The notes beneath the pieces are model-generated. The model ran no database searches and was not told the origin of the DNA. It worked only from the letters and a program-made list of their open reading frames with translations. The translations under genes and the position numbers were made by a program. DNA of 62,337 nt, filler included, from a bacterium (GTDB lineage: Bacteria; UBA9089; CG2-30-40-21; SBAY01), in NCBI GenBank assembly GCA_040757115.1. It is 9 parts of 9 records of this genome, joined end to end, with 100 filler letters (N's around TTAATTAATTAA, not from the genome) between each part and the next. Parts side by side here need not be neighbours in the genome. Positions count along the whole stretch, not along the records: positions 28,020 to 34,850 come from JBFLYA010000199.1; positions 34,951 to 41,753 come from JBFLYA010000200.1; 7 more parts are not named here. The stretch is one strand, 5' to 3'. This document shows positions 28,376 through 38,134 of this stretch, one piece after another. The number at the start of each line of letters is the position of its first letter. Position 1 is the stretch's first letter.

Positions 28376-29409
28376 CTTCCTTCTATCCATGGTTTGGGTA
28401 AAAAGACATCTTCATATAACAATAGTGCCTCTCGGTCGCTTAATCCAGCAAGGAAATCAGTAATTATTCGTAATAAAGGGGTATCTTGAGCTAAAAAGTT
28501 CATCTTCTTCAAGACATAATCAGGATTTTTCATAAAATGTTCAAACAACTCGTTTAAAACCCTGGTAGCTTTATTCGTCTCCTGCATAATCTTTGGATGA
28601 GGATAGACATTTTCATAAAGATAGTTGCGGAGTGTATTTGTTGCCTCTAAAATCTCATCACCCATCGTGATAGCATTTTTATCCTGACTATTGAATATTA
28701 TATCTGCCACCATAGTATTAATCCTTGAAGAATGCTTATTACCTAAAATACGAATAGGAGAGGAAGGTAAATCTTTAAATCTTATTACTTTTGATAAAAT
28801 CGCATCTTCAATATCATGGTTGACATAGGCAATACTATCAGCTAATCTAACTATTTCTCCTTCTAATGTTATAGGTTTTGAATCCTGCGGATTAACAAAT
28901 AGGCTTGTTGCTCCTCGAGAATGTTTTAAGATTCCATCTTTTGTTTCAAAGGTTAAATTTAGCCCCTGACCTCCTTTTTCCAGGATTTCAACCACCCGAA
29001 TACTTTGTTCGTTATGTCTAAATCCACCAGGGCATATTTCATCTAACGCCTTTTCTCCGGCATGACCAAAAGGTGGATGTCCTAAATCATGTCCTAATGA
29101 AATGGCCTCAACCAGATCTTCATTTAACCGTAATGCTCTGGCAATTGTTCGGGCAATCTGAGAAACCTCGATGGTGTGGGTTAATCTTGTCCTCAATGCC
29201 TCATGGGTGGGGATTAGAAATACCTGCGTTTTATATTTCAACTGTCTAAATGATTTAGAATGAATAATTCTATCCCGGTCCCGTTGATATGCGGTTCGGA
29301 TTTTACAATCTTCTTCTTTTTTACTTCTTCCACGGGTTTTGGAAGAAAGTGCCGCATAAGGTGACAATCTTCTAACTTCTTCTTCTTCAGCTAATTGACG
29401 AATAAGCAT
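28372..29409 (-). CDS. dgt: dGTP triphosphohydrolase-like HD protein
   Basis: RDRDRIIHSKSFR.L..KTQV, RTRLTH, GHDLGHPPFGH.GE and AD.IAY..HDIED motifs. Confidence 0.92.
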   Translation of the reverse strand: MLIRQLAEEEEVRRLSPYAALSSKTRGRSKKEEDCKIRTAYQRDRDRIIHSKSFRQLKYKTQVFLIPTHEALRTRLTHTIEVSQIARTIARALRLNEDLVEAISLGHDLGHPPFGHAGEKALDEICPGGFRHNEQSIRVVEILEKGGQGLNLTFETKDGILKHSRGATSLFVNPQDSKPITLEGEIVRLADSIAYVNHDIEDAILSKVIRFKDLPSSPIRILGNKHSSRINTMVADIIFNSQDKNAITMGDEILEATNTLRNYLYENVYPHPKIMQETNKATRVLNELFEHFMKNPDYVLKKMNFLAQDTPLLRIITDFLAGLSDREALLLYEDVFLPKPWIEGR

Positions 29410-29518
29410 ATCTATAGTCCCTCTTTTGTTATTTCAGTTAGCAATAGCAATAGAGTTTGTAGAGTTAAGAGAGATTGTAATTACAATAACTCCCTAAAGT
29501 CTATGAAACGGTTACCTT

Positions 29519-30892
29519 TCATTTTGGCCTTAATTGGGGAAATAACACTACCTCCCGAATAGACGGGATGTTCGTCAAAAACATAACCAATCTATCTATC
29601 CCTATCCCCAACCCTCCGCACGGCGGCAGACCATATTCTAATGCCTGGATGTAGTCTTCATCTATTTTATCAGGATTTTGTTCTAAAAATCGTTTTCTTT
29701 GTTCTATTGGGTCATTTAGTTCGGAATAGGCATTACCAAGTTCTTCTCCATTGATGAAAAACTCAAATCGTTCAACTAATTCTGGGTTGTTTTGTTTCTG
29801 TCTGGCTAAAGGAGAAAGAACGGTTGGATAATCCAGGAGAAATGTTGGCTGGATTAAATTTGGCTCAACCTTTTTATCTAAAATCTCTTTTAATATCTCA
29901 GCACAACTTTTATCTTTCTCGTCAGTTATCTTTCGCACATCCTCTAATTTTTCAATTTGGGCACCTGTCCATTTTGAAATTGCCTCATAAACCGTTATTC
30001 TTTGAAATGGTGGTGTCAGTTTTATTCCTTCCATTTTTAAAGATAGGTTATTTGCCAGATAAGATATAAGTTCTTCGATTAATTTCATCATATCGGTGTA
30101 ATCTGCGTAAGCCTGATAAACCTCTAACATTGTAAATTCAGGATTATGACGGGTAGAGACGCCTTCATTTCTAAAATTGCGGTTAAGTTCATAAACCCGC
30201 TCTAATCCTCCAACAACTAATCTTTTAAGATAAAGCTCCGGGGCAATACGCAGGTATAAATCAATCCCTAAGGCATTATGATGAGTAACAAACGGCTTTG
30301 CCTCTGCCCCACCCGGGATAGATTGCATCATTGGAGTTTCCACTTCTAAAAAATTATGATTATCAAGGAATTCTCTTATTAGTTTAACAATTTTACTTCG
30401 AGTAATGAATATTTCTTGAACTTCATCATTTACGATTAAATCCACATATCTTTGTCTATGTCGAGATTCAATGTCCTTTAACCCAAACCATTCTTTGGGT
30501 AGCGGTCTTAATGATTTAGTTAAGAATGTCCATTGTTCAATCAGAATGGTTATCTCGCCGGTGTGAGTTTTAAATACAGGTCCTTTGATACCAATAAAAT
30601 CACCCGTATCAACCTCTTTAAAAAGTGCGAAGTTGTCATCCCCAAGTGTGTCTTTTCTGGCATAAATTTGAATTTTACCTCTGGCATCTTTAATGTGGGC
30701 GAAGATACTTTTCCCATGTTCTCGAATAGCCATTAATCTACCCGCACAACTTACTCGTTCTTCACTGCCTTCTTTAAATCCTTCAATAATCTGCCTTGTT
30801 GTGTGGGTAACATCATATCTTTCTCCAAACGGCTTTTCCCAGAATGTTAATTTCTGTCGTCTAATCTCAAGTAATTCACTAATCTCTTCCAT
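29519..30892 (-). CDS. lysS: Lysine--tRNA ligase, class II
   Basis: [30 protein letters not shown] and GLGIGIDRL motifs. Confidence 0.97.
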   Translation of the reverse strand: MEEISELLEIRRQKLTFWEKPFGERYDVTHTTRQIIEGFKEGSEERVSCAGRLMAIREHGKSIFAHIKDARGKIQIYARKDTLGDDNFALFKEVDTGDFIGIKGPVFKTHTGEITILIEQWTFLTKSLRPLPKEWFGLKDIESRHRQRYVDLIVNDEVQEIFITRSKIVKLIREFLDNHNFLEVETPMMQSIPGGAEAKPFVTHHNALGIDLYLRIAPELYLKRLVVGGLERVYELNRNFRNEGVSTRHNPEFTMLEVYQAYADYTDMMKLIEELISYLANNLSLKMEGIKLTPPFQRITVYEAISKWTGAQIEKLEDVRKITDEKDKSCAEILKEILDKKVEPNLIQPTFLLDYPTVLSPLARQKQNNPELVERFEFFINGEELGNAYSELNDPIEQRKRFLEQNPDKIDEDYIQALEYGLPPCGGLGIGIDRLVMFLTNIPSIREVVLFPQLRPK

Positions 30893-30957
30893 TCTTTAAA
30901 TTTCCTTTCCTGTGGATTAAATATAACATAAATAAAGAAGATAGTCAAGGGAAATTA

Positions 30958-32274
30958 TCAATGCGGTCTTTTTTTAAACTTAAGATGAATAGGGGTTGCT
31001 TTCAAATCAAGTCTCTGGCGAATTTGAGTTTGTAAATATCTCAAATACGCCGGTGAAACTAATCCGGGATGATTGACAAATAAGATAAAGGTTGGTGGTG
31101 AGGTGGCAATCTGGGTAGCGTAATAAATCTTTAATGTTTTACCTTTTAAACTCGGTGGATTACTTTGAGCATAGGTTAAATTAATAATGTTATTTAATGT
31201 CGAAGTGCTAAACCATTTTTTATGCTCCTGACCTACCTGTTCTATTAACATCAGTAATTTACTTATCCCTTGCCTGGTAATAGCCGAAGTAAATATCGAC
31301 GGGAGATGAGAGAGATAAGGTATCTTCTTTTGAACATATTTTTTATATTCATCCATTTTGGGACGAGTTTTATCTATGGCTAAGTCCCATTTATTGATAA
31401 CGATAATTCCCGAACAGCCAACCGATTCCATCTCGGTAGTAATCTTTTTATCCTGTGTCGAAACCCCTTCTATGGCATCAATCACAAGCAAGACGACATC
31501 TGCCCTTTTAATGCTTTTAATCGCCCGCACAACGCTATAATATTCTAATTCCTGTCGGACCTTACTTTTCTTCCGAATTCCAGCTGTATCGATAAACAAA
31601 AAAGGTATATTTCCTTTTTTAAATAAGGTATCAATGGCATCCCTTGTTGTGCCAGGGACATCATCAACAATTGCCCTTTCCTGTCCTAAAATAGCATTTA
31701 AAATAGAAGATTTACCTACATTTGGCTTACCGATAATAGCAACTGATACAGGTTGGGTTTTTTCCACTTCCCGCTGGTAAGGTAAAAGATAGGTTATTAT
31801 TTTATCTAATAATGTATTGATATTTTTACCGTGCAAGGCAGAAATAGGAATAGGTTCACCCAGCCCTAATCTATAAAAATCGGCTAACAAGACCTCATTC
31901 AAATTATCTAATTTATTTATAACTAAGAGGGTATTTTTTTGTGTTTTTAATAACAGGTGGGAAATTGTGGTGTCCTGCCAGATAAGTCCATCTTTTGCAT
32001 CACATAGAAATAATATCAAATCCGCCTCAGCAATCGCCACATCTACTTGTTTTTTTATTAATGTCTGGAATTTTTCTTCTAATGGCGAGCCAATGCCACC
32101 AGTATCAATTAGTGTCCATTCAATTCCTTCCCAATCGACATTGCCATAATTTCTATCTCTGGTAACCCCGGGGGTGGCGTCAACTATTGCTTTTTTTTGC
32201 TGAATTAATCGATTAAAAAGGGTTGATTTCCCGACATTAGGTCTGCCAACAATTGCTACGACTGGTTTATTCAT
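30958..32274 (-). CDS. der: Ribosome biogenesis GTPase Der/EngA
   Basis: Two G-domains (GRPNVGKS, GKPNVGKS) with DTGG/DTAG. Confidence 0.96.
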   Translation of the reverse strand: MNKPVVAIVGRPNVGKSTLFNRLIQQKKAIVDATPGVTRDRNYGNVDWEGIEWTLIDTGGIGSPLEEKFQTLIKKQVDVAIAEADLILFLCDAKDGLIWQDTTISHLLLKTQKNTLLVINKLDNLNEVLLADFYRLGLGEPIPISALHGKNINTLLDKIITYLLPYQREVEKTQPVSVAIIGKPNVGKSSILNAILGQERAIVDDVPGTTRDAIDTLFKKGNIPFLFIDTAGIRKKSKVRQELEYYSVVRAIKSIKRADVVLLVIDAIEGVSTQDKKITTEMESVGCSGIIVINKWDLAIDKTRPKMDEYKKYVQKKIPYLSHLPSIFTSAITRQGISKLLMLIEQVGQEHKKWFSTSTLNNIINLTYAQSNPPSLKGKTLKIYYATQIATSPPTFILFVNHPGLVSPAYLRYLQTQIRQRLDLKATPIHLKFKKRPH

Positions 32275-32361
32275 AACACGGTAATGATACTACATTATTT
32301 TCTGCTTGTCAACAAAATTTCCAATTGACAATATTTCTTAAATATGATATTCTGATTAACA

Positions 32362-33318
32362 ATGGATAAGAGATTAAAAGTCGGTGTAGTTGGTAGTGGG
32401 CATATGGGTAGTTACCATGTGCGACTTTATAGTGAGTTATTAAATGTTGAGTTAGTGGGGGTTGCGGATATTAATGAAAAGCAGGTTAATCAAGTCGCCA
32501 GCCAGTATAATACTACACCGTTCACTGATTATACAAAATTATATGACAAAGTTGAGGCAGTAAGCATTGCTGTGCCAACAAGTGCTCATTATCGAGTTGG
32601 GAAGGATTTTTTAGAAGCAGGAATCCCTGTCCTCATCGAAAAACCTATCACTAATAATCTAACAGAGGCTAAGGAATTGATAGAATTAGCCAGAGAAAAA
32701 AACATAATTCTCCAGGTAGGGCATGTAGAACGATTTAATACCGCAGTTTTGGAATTGAAGAAGATTGTTAAAGACCCAATTTTTATAGAATGTAGGCGGC
32801 TTGGACCTTATAACAGACGAATAAATGACACGGGCGTAGTCTTAGATTTGCTTATTCACGATATTGATATTGTCCTGGGTTTAGTTAATTCACCAATTAA
32901 TGAAATAAATCTTGCGGCTAAATCTATCTATTCTGAATATGAAGACATTGCTAATGTTCAAATTATCTTTGACAATGGTTGTATTGCTACCTTAACGGCC
33001 TCAAGGGTAACTGAAGATAAGATTAGAACATTAGCCGTCACTCAACCAGATGCTTATGTTGTCTTAGATTATGCCGAGCAAGAGCTGGATATTTATCGCC
33101 AGGGAACTTCAGAATACATCATTACCCGAGAAGCGGTTGGCTATAAACAAGAATCATTTATTGAGAAAATCTTTGTCCATAAGGATAACCCATTAAAATT
33201 AGAATTGGTACATTTTGTTGATTGTGTATTAGACAAAACCGTGCCGATGACCCCTTTAGATGCCGAATTAAAGGCATTAGAGGTAACTTTACAAATTCAG
33301 GATAAATTAAAATTATAA
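32362..33318 (+). CDS. Gfo/Idh/MocA oxidoreductase (GnnA-like)
   Basis: GSGHMG, EKP, VGHVERFN and DLLIHDID motifs. Confidence 0.85.
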   Translation: MDKRLKVGVVGSGHMGSYHVRLYSELLNVELVGVADINEKQVNQVASQYNTTPFTDYTKLYDKVEAVSIAVPTSAHYRVGKDFLEAGIPVLIEKPITNNLTEAKELIELAREKNIILQVGHVERFNTAVLELKKIVKDPIFIECRRLGPYNRRINDTGVVLDLLIHDIDIVLGLVNSPINEINLAAKSIYSEYEDIANVQIIFDNGCIATLTASRVTEDKIRTLAVTQPDAYVVLDYAEQELDIYRQGTSEYIITREAVGYKQESFIEKIFVHKDNPLKLELVHFVDCVLDKTVPMTPLDAELKALEVTLQIQDKLKL

Positions 33319-33320
33319 CG

Positions 33321-34382
33321 ATGGAAATAACCTATTCTCCATTCTCTCACGGTGGAAATATCTATAGATTTGGGAAAGATGTAATTGACTTTAGTGCTAA
33401 TATCAATCCTTGTGGATTCTCATCTCAAGTAAAAAAGACGATTTATAAGAATCTGGATAAAATCATTCACTATCCTGATACAGAGGCAAAGATTACCACC
33501 CAAAAGATTGCCAGATTCTGGCAGATAAAGGAAGATAATATCCTTGTGGGAAATGGCTCAGTTGAACTTATTTATCTTATTGCCTTAACCTATAAACCAA
33601 AAACCGCTATTATCCCTCAACCCACTTTTTGTGAGTATGAACGAGCATTAAAAACGGTCAATTCTAATATTAGATTTGACCAACTTCAAGAAAAAGAAGG
33701 ATTTAGGCTGAATTTATCCTCTCTGTCTGAGGCAGAGATTCTTTTTGTTTGCAATCCGAATAACCCAACCGGGAATCTTGTTCTAAAAAACCGCCAGCAA
33801 ATTGAGAAACTGACGATTAACAAATTAGTTGTTGTGGACGAATCCTTTATGGATTTTTTAGCCGATGAAAAAAAACACACCTTAATCTACGAGGCAGTAA
33901 AATCCAGGCAAATTATTGTCCTGCGGACTTTTACCAAATTTTTTGGAATACCAGGCTTGAGAATTGGGTATTTAGTGGCTCACCCAGAAACAGTTTCTAC
34001 CTTAAAAGAATATCAGATGCCCTGGAATACTAACTTGCTGGCTCAATTAGCCACTGAGGTAATATTGGATGACTCTGCATTTATAAAAAAGACATACCAA
34101 CTCATAGAGAAAGAAAGGGAGTTTCTGTTTAATGAACTGACCAAAATTAAAGGTTTGTTCCCTTATCCTTCAGTTACCAACTTTCTGTTGATTAGAATAG
34201 AAAAGGATAGTGTTACTTCTTCAAATTTAGTCAATGACCTGATAAAAAAAGGGATTTTGGTAAGAGATTGTAGTAATTTCAGGTATTTAGACAATAAATA
34301 TATTCGTTGTGCCATCCGCGAGCATAAAGATAATATTAAACTTATTGAGGCATTAAAGGAAATTTTTCCCAATGAAGTATAA
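33321..34382 (+). CDS. cobD: Threonine-phosphate decarboxylase (PLP)
   Basis: HGGNI, DFSANINP, NPNNPTG, DESFMDF and TKFFGIPGLRIGY motifs. Confidence 0.85.
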   Translation: MEITYSPFSHGGNIYRFGKDVIDFSANINPCGFSSQVKKTIYKNLDKIIHYPDTEAKITTQKIARFWQIKEDNILVGNGSVELIYLIALTYKPKTAIIPQPTFCEYERALKTVNSNIRFDQLQEKEGFRLNLSSLSEAEILFVCNPNNPTGNLVLKNRQQIEKLTINKLVVVDESFMDFLADEKKHTLIYEAVKSRQIIVLRTFTKFFGIPGLRIGYLVAHPETVSTLKEYQMPWNTNLLAQLATEVILDDSAFIKKTYQLIEKEREFLFNELTKIKGLFPYPSVTNFLLIRIEKDSVTSSNLVNDLIKKGILVRDCSNFRYLDNKYIRCAIREHKDNIKLIEALKEIFPNEV

Positions 34383-34388
34383 AAGTAG

Positions 34389-34833
34389 GTAAGCGTTCAG
34401 GTGGTGTAACAAAAGGAGATGTGGAGATTAAGGAGATAGGGAGATATTATTAAAAAAATTGAAATTAATAGAAACTAATAGAAATTTATGGAAATTTGGG
34501 TGGTGTCTGAAAATAACGCTAATAGTGAAATCTATGCAGATTTGGTGTAAAAAAGGGGATAAGGAGATAAAGGGAGATATGGAGATTATTCATTGTAATT
34601 TGCAAAATTTTAGAATGAATTTATCTCCTAATCTCCATAATCCCCATATCTCCTTTTCTTACACTATTTCAACCTTTATGCTAGATTAAGACACCACCGA
34701 AATTTGTTGTTTTCCACAATCAGTTTCTACCTATTTCTATAAATTTCAATCTATTTCTATTATCTTATCTCCATATCGCCCTTATCTCCTTATCCCCTTT
34801 CTTACACTTTTGATATATAGCCTGAACGGTTAC
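34389..34833 (+). mobile_element. GTAA-MITE A1 with a nested element
   Basis: 8-bp TSD AAAAGTAG. Confidence 0.9.
34499..34698 (+). mobile_element. GGTGGTGTCT-ended MITE (IS1-like ends)
   Basis: TIR GGTGGTGTCT/AGACACCACC; 8-bp TSD GAAATTTG. Confidence 0.88.
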
Positions 34834-34950
34834 AAAAGTAGACACCTCTGNNNNNNNNNNNNNNNNNNNNNNNNNNNNNNNNNNNNNNNNNNNNTTAATT
34901 AATTAANNNNNNNNNNNNNNNNNNNNNNNNNNNNNNNNNNNNNNNNNNNN

Positions 34951-35072
34951 TGTGGAAAACAACAAATTTCCATAAATTTCTATTAGTTTCTATTAATTTC
35001 AATTTTTTTAATAATATCTCCCTATCTCCTTAATCTCCACATCTCCTTTTGTTACACCACCTGAACGCTTAC
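34951..35072 (-). mobile_element. GTAA-MITE A1, partial (another partial at 55609-55730)
   Basis: Reverse complement of the A1 left half. Confidence 0.8.
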
Positions 35073-35078
35073 AAGTTT

Positions 35079-35302
35079 GGCTACTAATATTTTAACCCCT
35101 AAAATAAAAAAGGGGTAAACAATCAAAATCGTCCACACGTCACGAAGTCCGATAATGATAGCTACCCCTCTTGCTGTGCAAAAAACACAGCAATAATAGT
35201 AGCCTCCTTCTTAGTGACGTGTGAGAGGATAAAAATCCTCTTTTAAGAAAAAAGGCTATTAGCCTCTACTAAATTTATTTTGCCCAAAAACCTATTTATC
35301 TA
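35079..35302 (-). ncRNA. Putative structured ncRNA, copy 1
   Basis: Lies downstream of a perfect sigma70 promoter; its stems covary with copy 2. Confidence 0.65.
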
Positions 35303-35308
35303 CATTTC

Positions 35309-35337
35309 ATTATACCAGATTACCTCCATGTTGTCAA
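35309..35337 (-). promoter_or_regulatory. Consensus sigma70 promoter (second copy at 36769-36797)
   Basis: TTGACA-17 nt-TATAAT on the minus strand, with TG extension. Confidence 0.85.
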
Positions 35338-35391
35338 CAAAAAATTCAGGCAAAATTAGAATTTTATCTACATCCCTCCTTCAGGATAAAA

Positions 35392-35937
35392 TTATCTGGA
35401 TAATTCTCTCTGTCTCAGTTTGTGAATTTCTTGCCAGATAGTACCTTTATAGTAAGTAGAAAGGAACTGTTTTGCAGTCATTGTAAGGAAGGCATCAACC
35501 TGAAGTTTTTCGTAAATATCTCGATTATCAGATACTAAAATGTCAGCTTGACAACTTTCCGCAAAAGCAGCAATCAAAGCATCTCCCGTTTTTAGCCCTT
35601 CTTTTGAACAATATTTCTCAAATAGTTCCCTGGAGACAGTATATAAAGGGCCAAATATAATTTTATGTGAAGAGCTTATGAGACGATAAAAATCTTTTGC
35701 TAAATTATCGGGTAAATTCCTTTCGACTTCATCCCGTATAATCTCGGGAACAAAAAGGCTAAAGTCCGGAATTGAGCTTATCATCTCAGGCAACATACTA
35801 ATAAGATCAATAGAGTCCTTGGCTCCGGACTTTCTATTTAACCCAAATATGTATTCGTTGCTATCCAAAATAAGCCGAATACTTTTCTCGCCAGAGTTCT
35901 TCTCTTGTTTGTCTGAGCCTTTTGATAACCTTTTCAC
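35392..35937 (-). CDS. PIN-domain toxin
   Basis: LILDSN, PEII..EV, GDALIAA and LVSDNRD motifs; start codon uncertain. Confidence 0.8.
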   Translation of the reverse strand: MKRLSKGSDKQEKNSGEKSIRLILDSNEYIFGLNRKSGAKDSIDLISMLPEMISSIPDFSLFVPEIIRDEVERNLPDNLAKDFYRLISSSHKIIFGPLYTVSRELFEKYCSKEGLKTGDALIAAFAESCQADILVSDNRDIYEKLQVDAFLTMTAKQFLSTYYKGTIWQEIHKLRQRELSR

Positions 35938-36190
35938 CTTTCAACCTTTGCATATCTTTTTCATTCATTCTGTCTCTTATCTTTTCAATTGCCTCTGCAC
36001 ACCTTTGACTATCTAAGGAATCTTTAGCTGGGTAGAAAACAGGGAAATAATAAACCATTTCTCGTCTCAGTCCTTCACATATAATCTCCTCAATACTCGA
36101 AAATATCTGAGCATCTACTAACTGCTTTGAATCTTCATATAAATGCTTTGGGATATTGACTTCAATATGTTTTAAAGACATTACCTTCAC
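35861..36190 (-). CDS. RHH-like antitoxin
   Basis: IEVNIPK.LY...LVD..IFSSIEEII..GLR; overlaps the PIN gene. Confidence 0.7.
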   Translation of the reverse strand: MKVMSLKHIEVNIPKHLYEDSKQLVDAQIFSSIEEIICEGLRREMVYYFPVFYPAKDSLDSQRCAEAIEKIRDRMNEKDMQRLKGEKVIKRLRQTREELWREKYSAYFG

Positions 36191-36540
36191 CCCCTGACTA
36201 TGGTCATTATAACATCATTAAACAAAGTTGTCAATAGAAAATTAAGGATTACGCTTAAATTAGAGTTTTATCTATCTCTCTTCCCAGTTTTGAATCTTCA
36301 AATAAAAAGGGCATTTTTTACATTCTTGTAAGGTGTGGTTATGACAACAGGCTGGATTTTTTACCTCAAAACAATTCTTACTCTGCCTGTACGCCTCGCA
36401 CATTAAATAGAAACTTGCAGGACAACCCTTGATATTAAAGCATTTATTCATTATCTCTTCCTCCTCTTTTTAAGTAATCGAATTAATCGAATAAAACAAA
36501 TTCGTAAAAATACGAAGAATTCGTTAAATTCGTTAGATTT

Positions 36541-36762
36541 GGCTACTAATATTTTAACCCCTAAAAATAAAAAAGGGGTAAACAATCAAAATCGGCAACC
36601 CGACAGTAACACCGATAATGATCGCCACCCCTTACTACACAAAAGTGTAGTTTAAGATAGCGACCTTCTTCTTACTGTCGGGTTAGAGGATAAAATTCCT
36701 CTTTAAGAAAAAGAGCTATTAGCCTATACTAAATTTATTTTGCCCAAAAACCTATTTATCTA
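36541..36762 (-). ncRNA. Putative structured ncRNA, copy 2
   Basis: Same architecture as copy 1 with compensatory stem changes. Confidence 0.65.
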
Positions 36763-36806
36763 TATTTTATTATACCAGATTACCTCCATGTTGTCAACAA
36801 AAAATT

Positions 36807-37428
36807 GGTGGTGTCTGAAAATAACTCTAATAGTGAAATCTATGCAGATTTGGTGTCCAAAAGGAATTTCCTCCAAAGAGCAAAATGCAAAACTCGTTTA
36901 TAGTTTAGGGTTTATAGTGTATAGTTTATAGTTTATAGTGTATAGTGTATAGTGTATAGTCCTTCAACTATAAACTATCAACTATAAACTATCTTTGCCA
37001 AAGTTCAGTAAAATTATCTCTTTCCTTTCAGCGTTAAAATACTTGTAACTGTTCAGATAGTAATTCACCGCAGAGACGCAGAGAAACAGAGAGGAAAATA
37101 TCTTTTTTTTTCGTGTTTTTCGGTGTTTAAAAAAGTTTAAAAACAGTTAGGTGAAAGTAAGTATTAAAAGATTAATAAACAACGAAAGACCCGAAATGCA
37201 CAAAAAAAGGAAATTTCTGTCTCTGGTGAATAGATTTTAATTTTTTCTCTGCGTCTCTGTGGCATCTTGCGGTGAACGGTTACAAATACTTGAAGTCCTT
37301 TTTGAAATTTGATTTGTAATTTTGCATTTTGATATTTGATATTTAATATTTATTTATTGTCTCCCCAAATCCTATTTTGCAGAACCCTATACACTATTTT
37401 AACCTTTATGATAGATTAAGACACCACC
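36807..37428 (+). mobile_element. Three-layer nested MITE: GGTGGTGTCT element containing a TAG-type element containing a GTAA A3 element (37045-37283)
   Basis: Outer TIRs at 36807 and 37428; the inner A3 has the 8-bp TSD AAATACTT. Confidence 0.85.
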
Positions 37429-37458
37429 CGAAAAAGCTATCATTGCCCAAAATTTTTC

Positions 37459-37487
37459 TTGACATCTCTTCAATCATGGGTTATAAT
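37459..37487 (+). promoter_or_regulatory. Consensus sigma70 promoter
   Basis: TTGACA-17 nt-TATAAT. Confidence 0.85.
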
Positions 37488-37492
37488 TATAT

Positions 37493-37586
37493 CAAAAGCG
37501 GGTAAGTCCTGCAGCGTACCGTGATGTTTCCTGCTGTAAGGTGGGTTAAGTCACGGAAGTATATGCTGTAGGGACCGCTTTTTTTA
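37493..37586 (+). ncRNA. Putative ~93-nt hairpin sRNA with terminal U-tract
   Basis: AAAAGCGG/CCGCTTTT closing stem with nested stems; directly after the promoter; no ORF. Confidence 0.55.
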
Positions 37587-38134
37587 TTAATATAATTTCT
37601 TTTCAATAGTTATCTTTTCTTTAATCAAGTCATAAAACCTTGAATCTTTCCACTCATAGTTTCGAAATATGTAACCGTTCACCGCAGAGACACAGAGACG
37701 CAGAGAAAAAATTAAAAACTATTTACCAGACGCAGAATTCCATCACGGATTTTCATCAGTGCAAGCTTTTGAGGACCGACATATCATGATTGATTAACAA
37801 ATTTGGTTTTGATGTCCTATGTAGGACAATGATTGCATCAATAATCTTTTCTGTTATCTGATTTATTTCCATGTCTTCTCTGTTCCTCTGCGTCTCTGCG
37901 GTGAATTACCACCTGAACGGTTACAAAAAATTGTAGTTATTGTCAGACACTACCGAAAATTACAAGACATTAAATTCCATTTCGTGTCCTTCGTGCTCTT
38001 CGTGGTGAATAGTTACCTTTTGACTAACTGTTTTTAAGCCTTTTTAAACACCGAAAAACGCAAAAAAAAAGATATTTTCCTCTCTGTTTCTCTGCGTCTC
38101 TGCGGTAAATTACCACCTGAACAGTTACAGCTTT

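Noticed and set aside
35140-35210. Small peptide after AAGGAGG in RNA copy 1 (type I toxin)
   Set aside because: The RBS and ORF are not conserved in copy 2, and the peptide is not hydrophobic.
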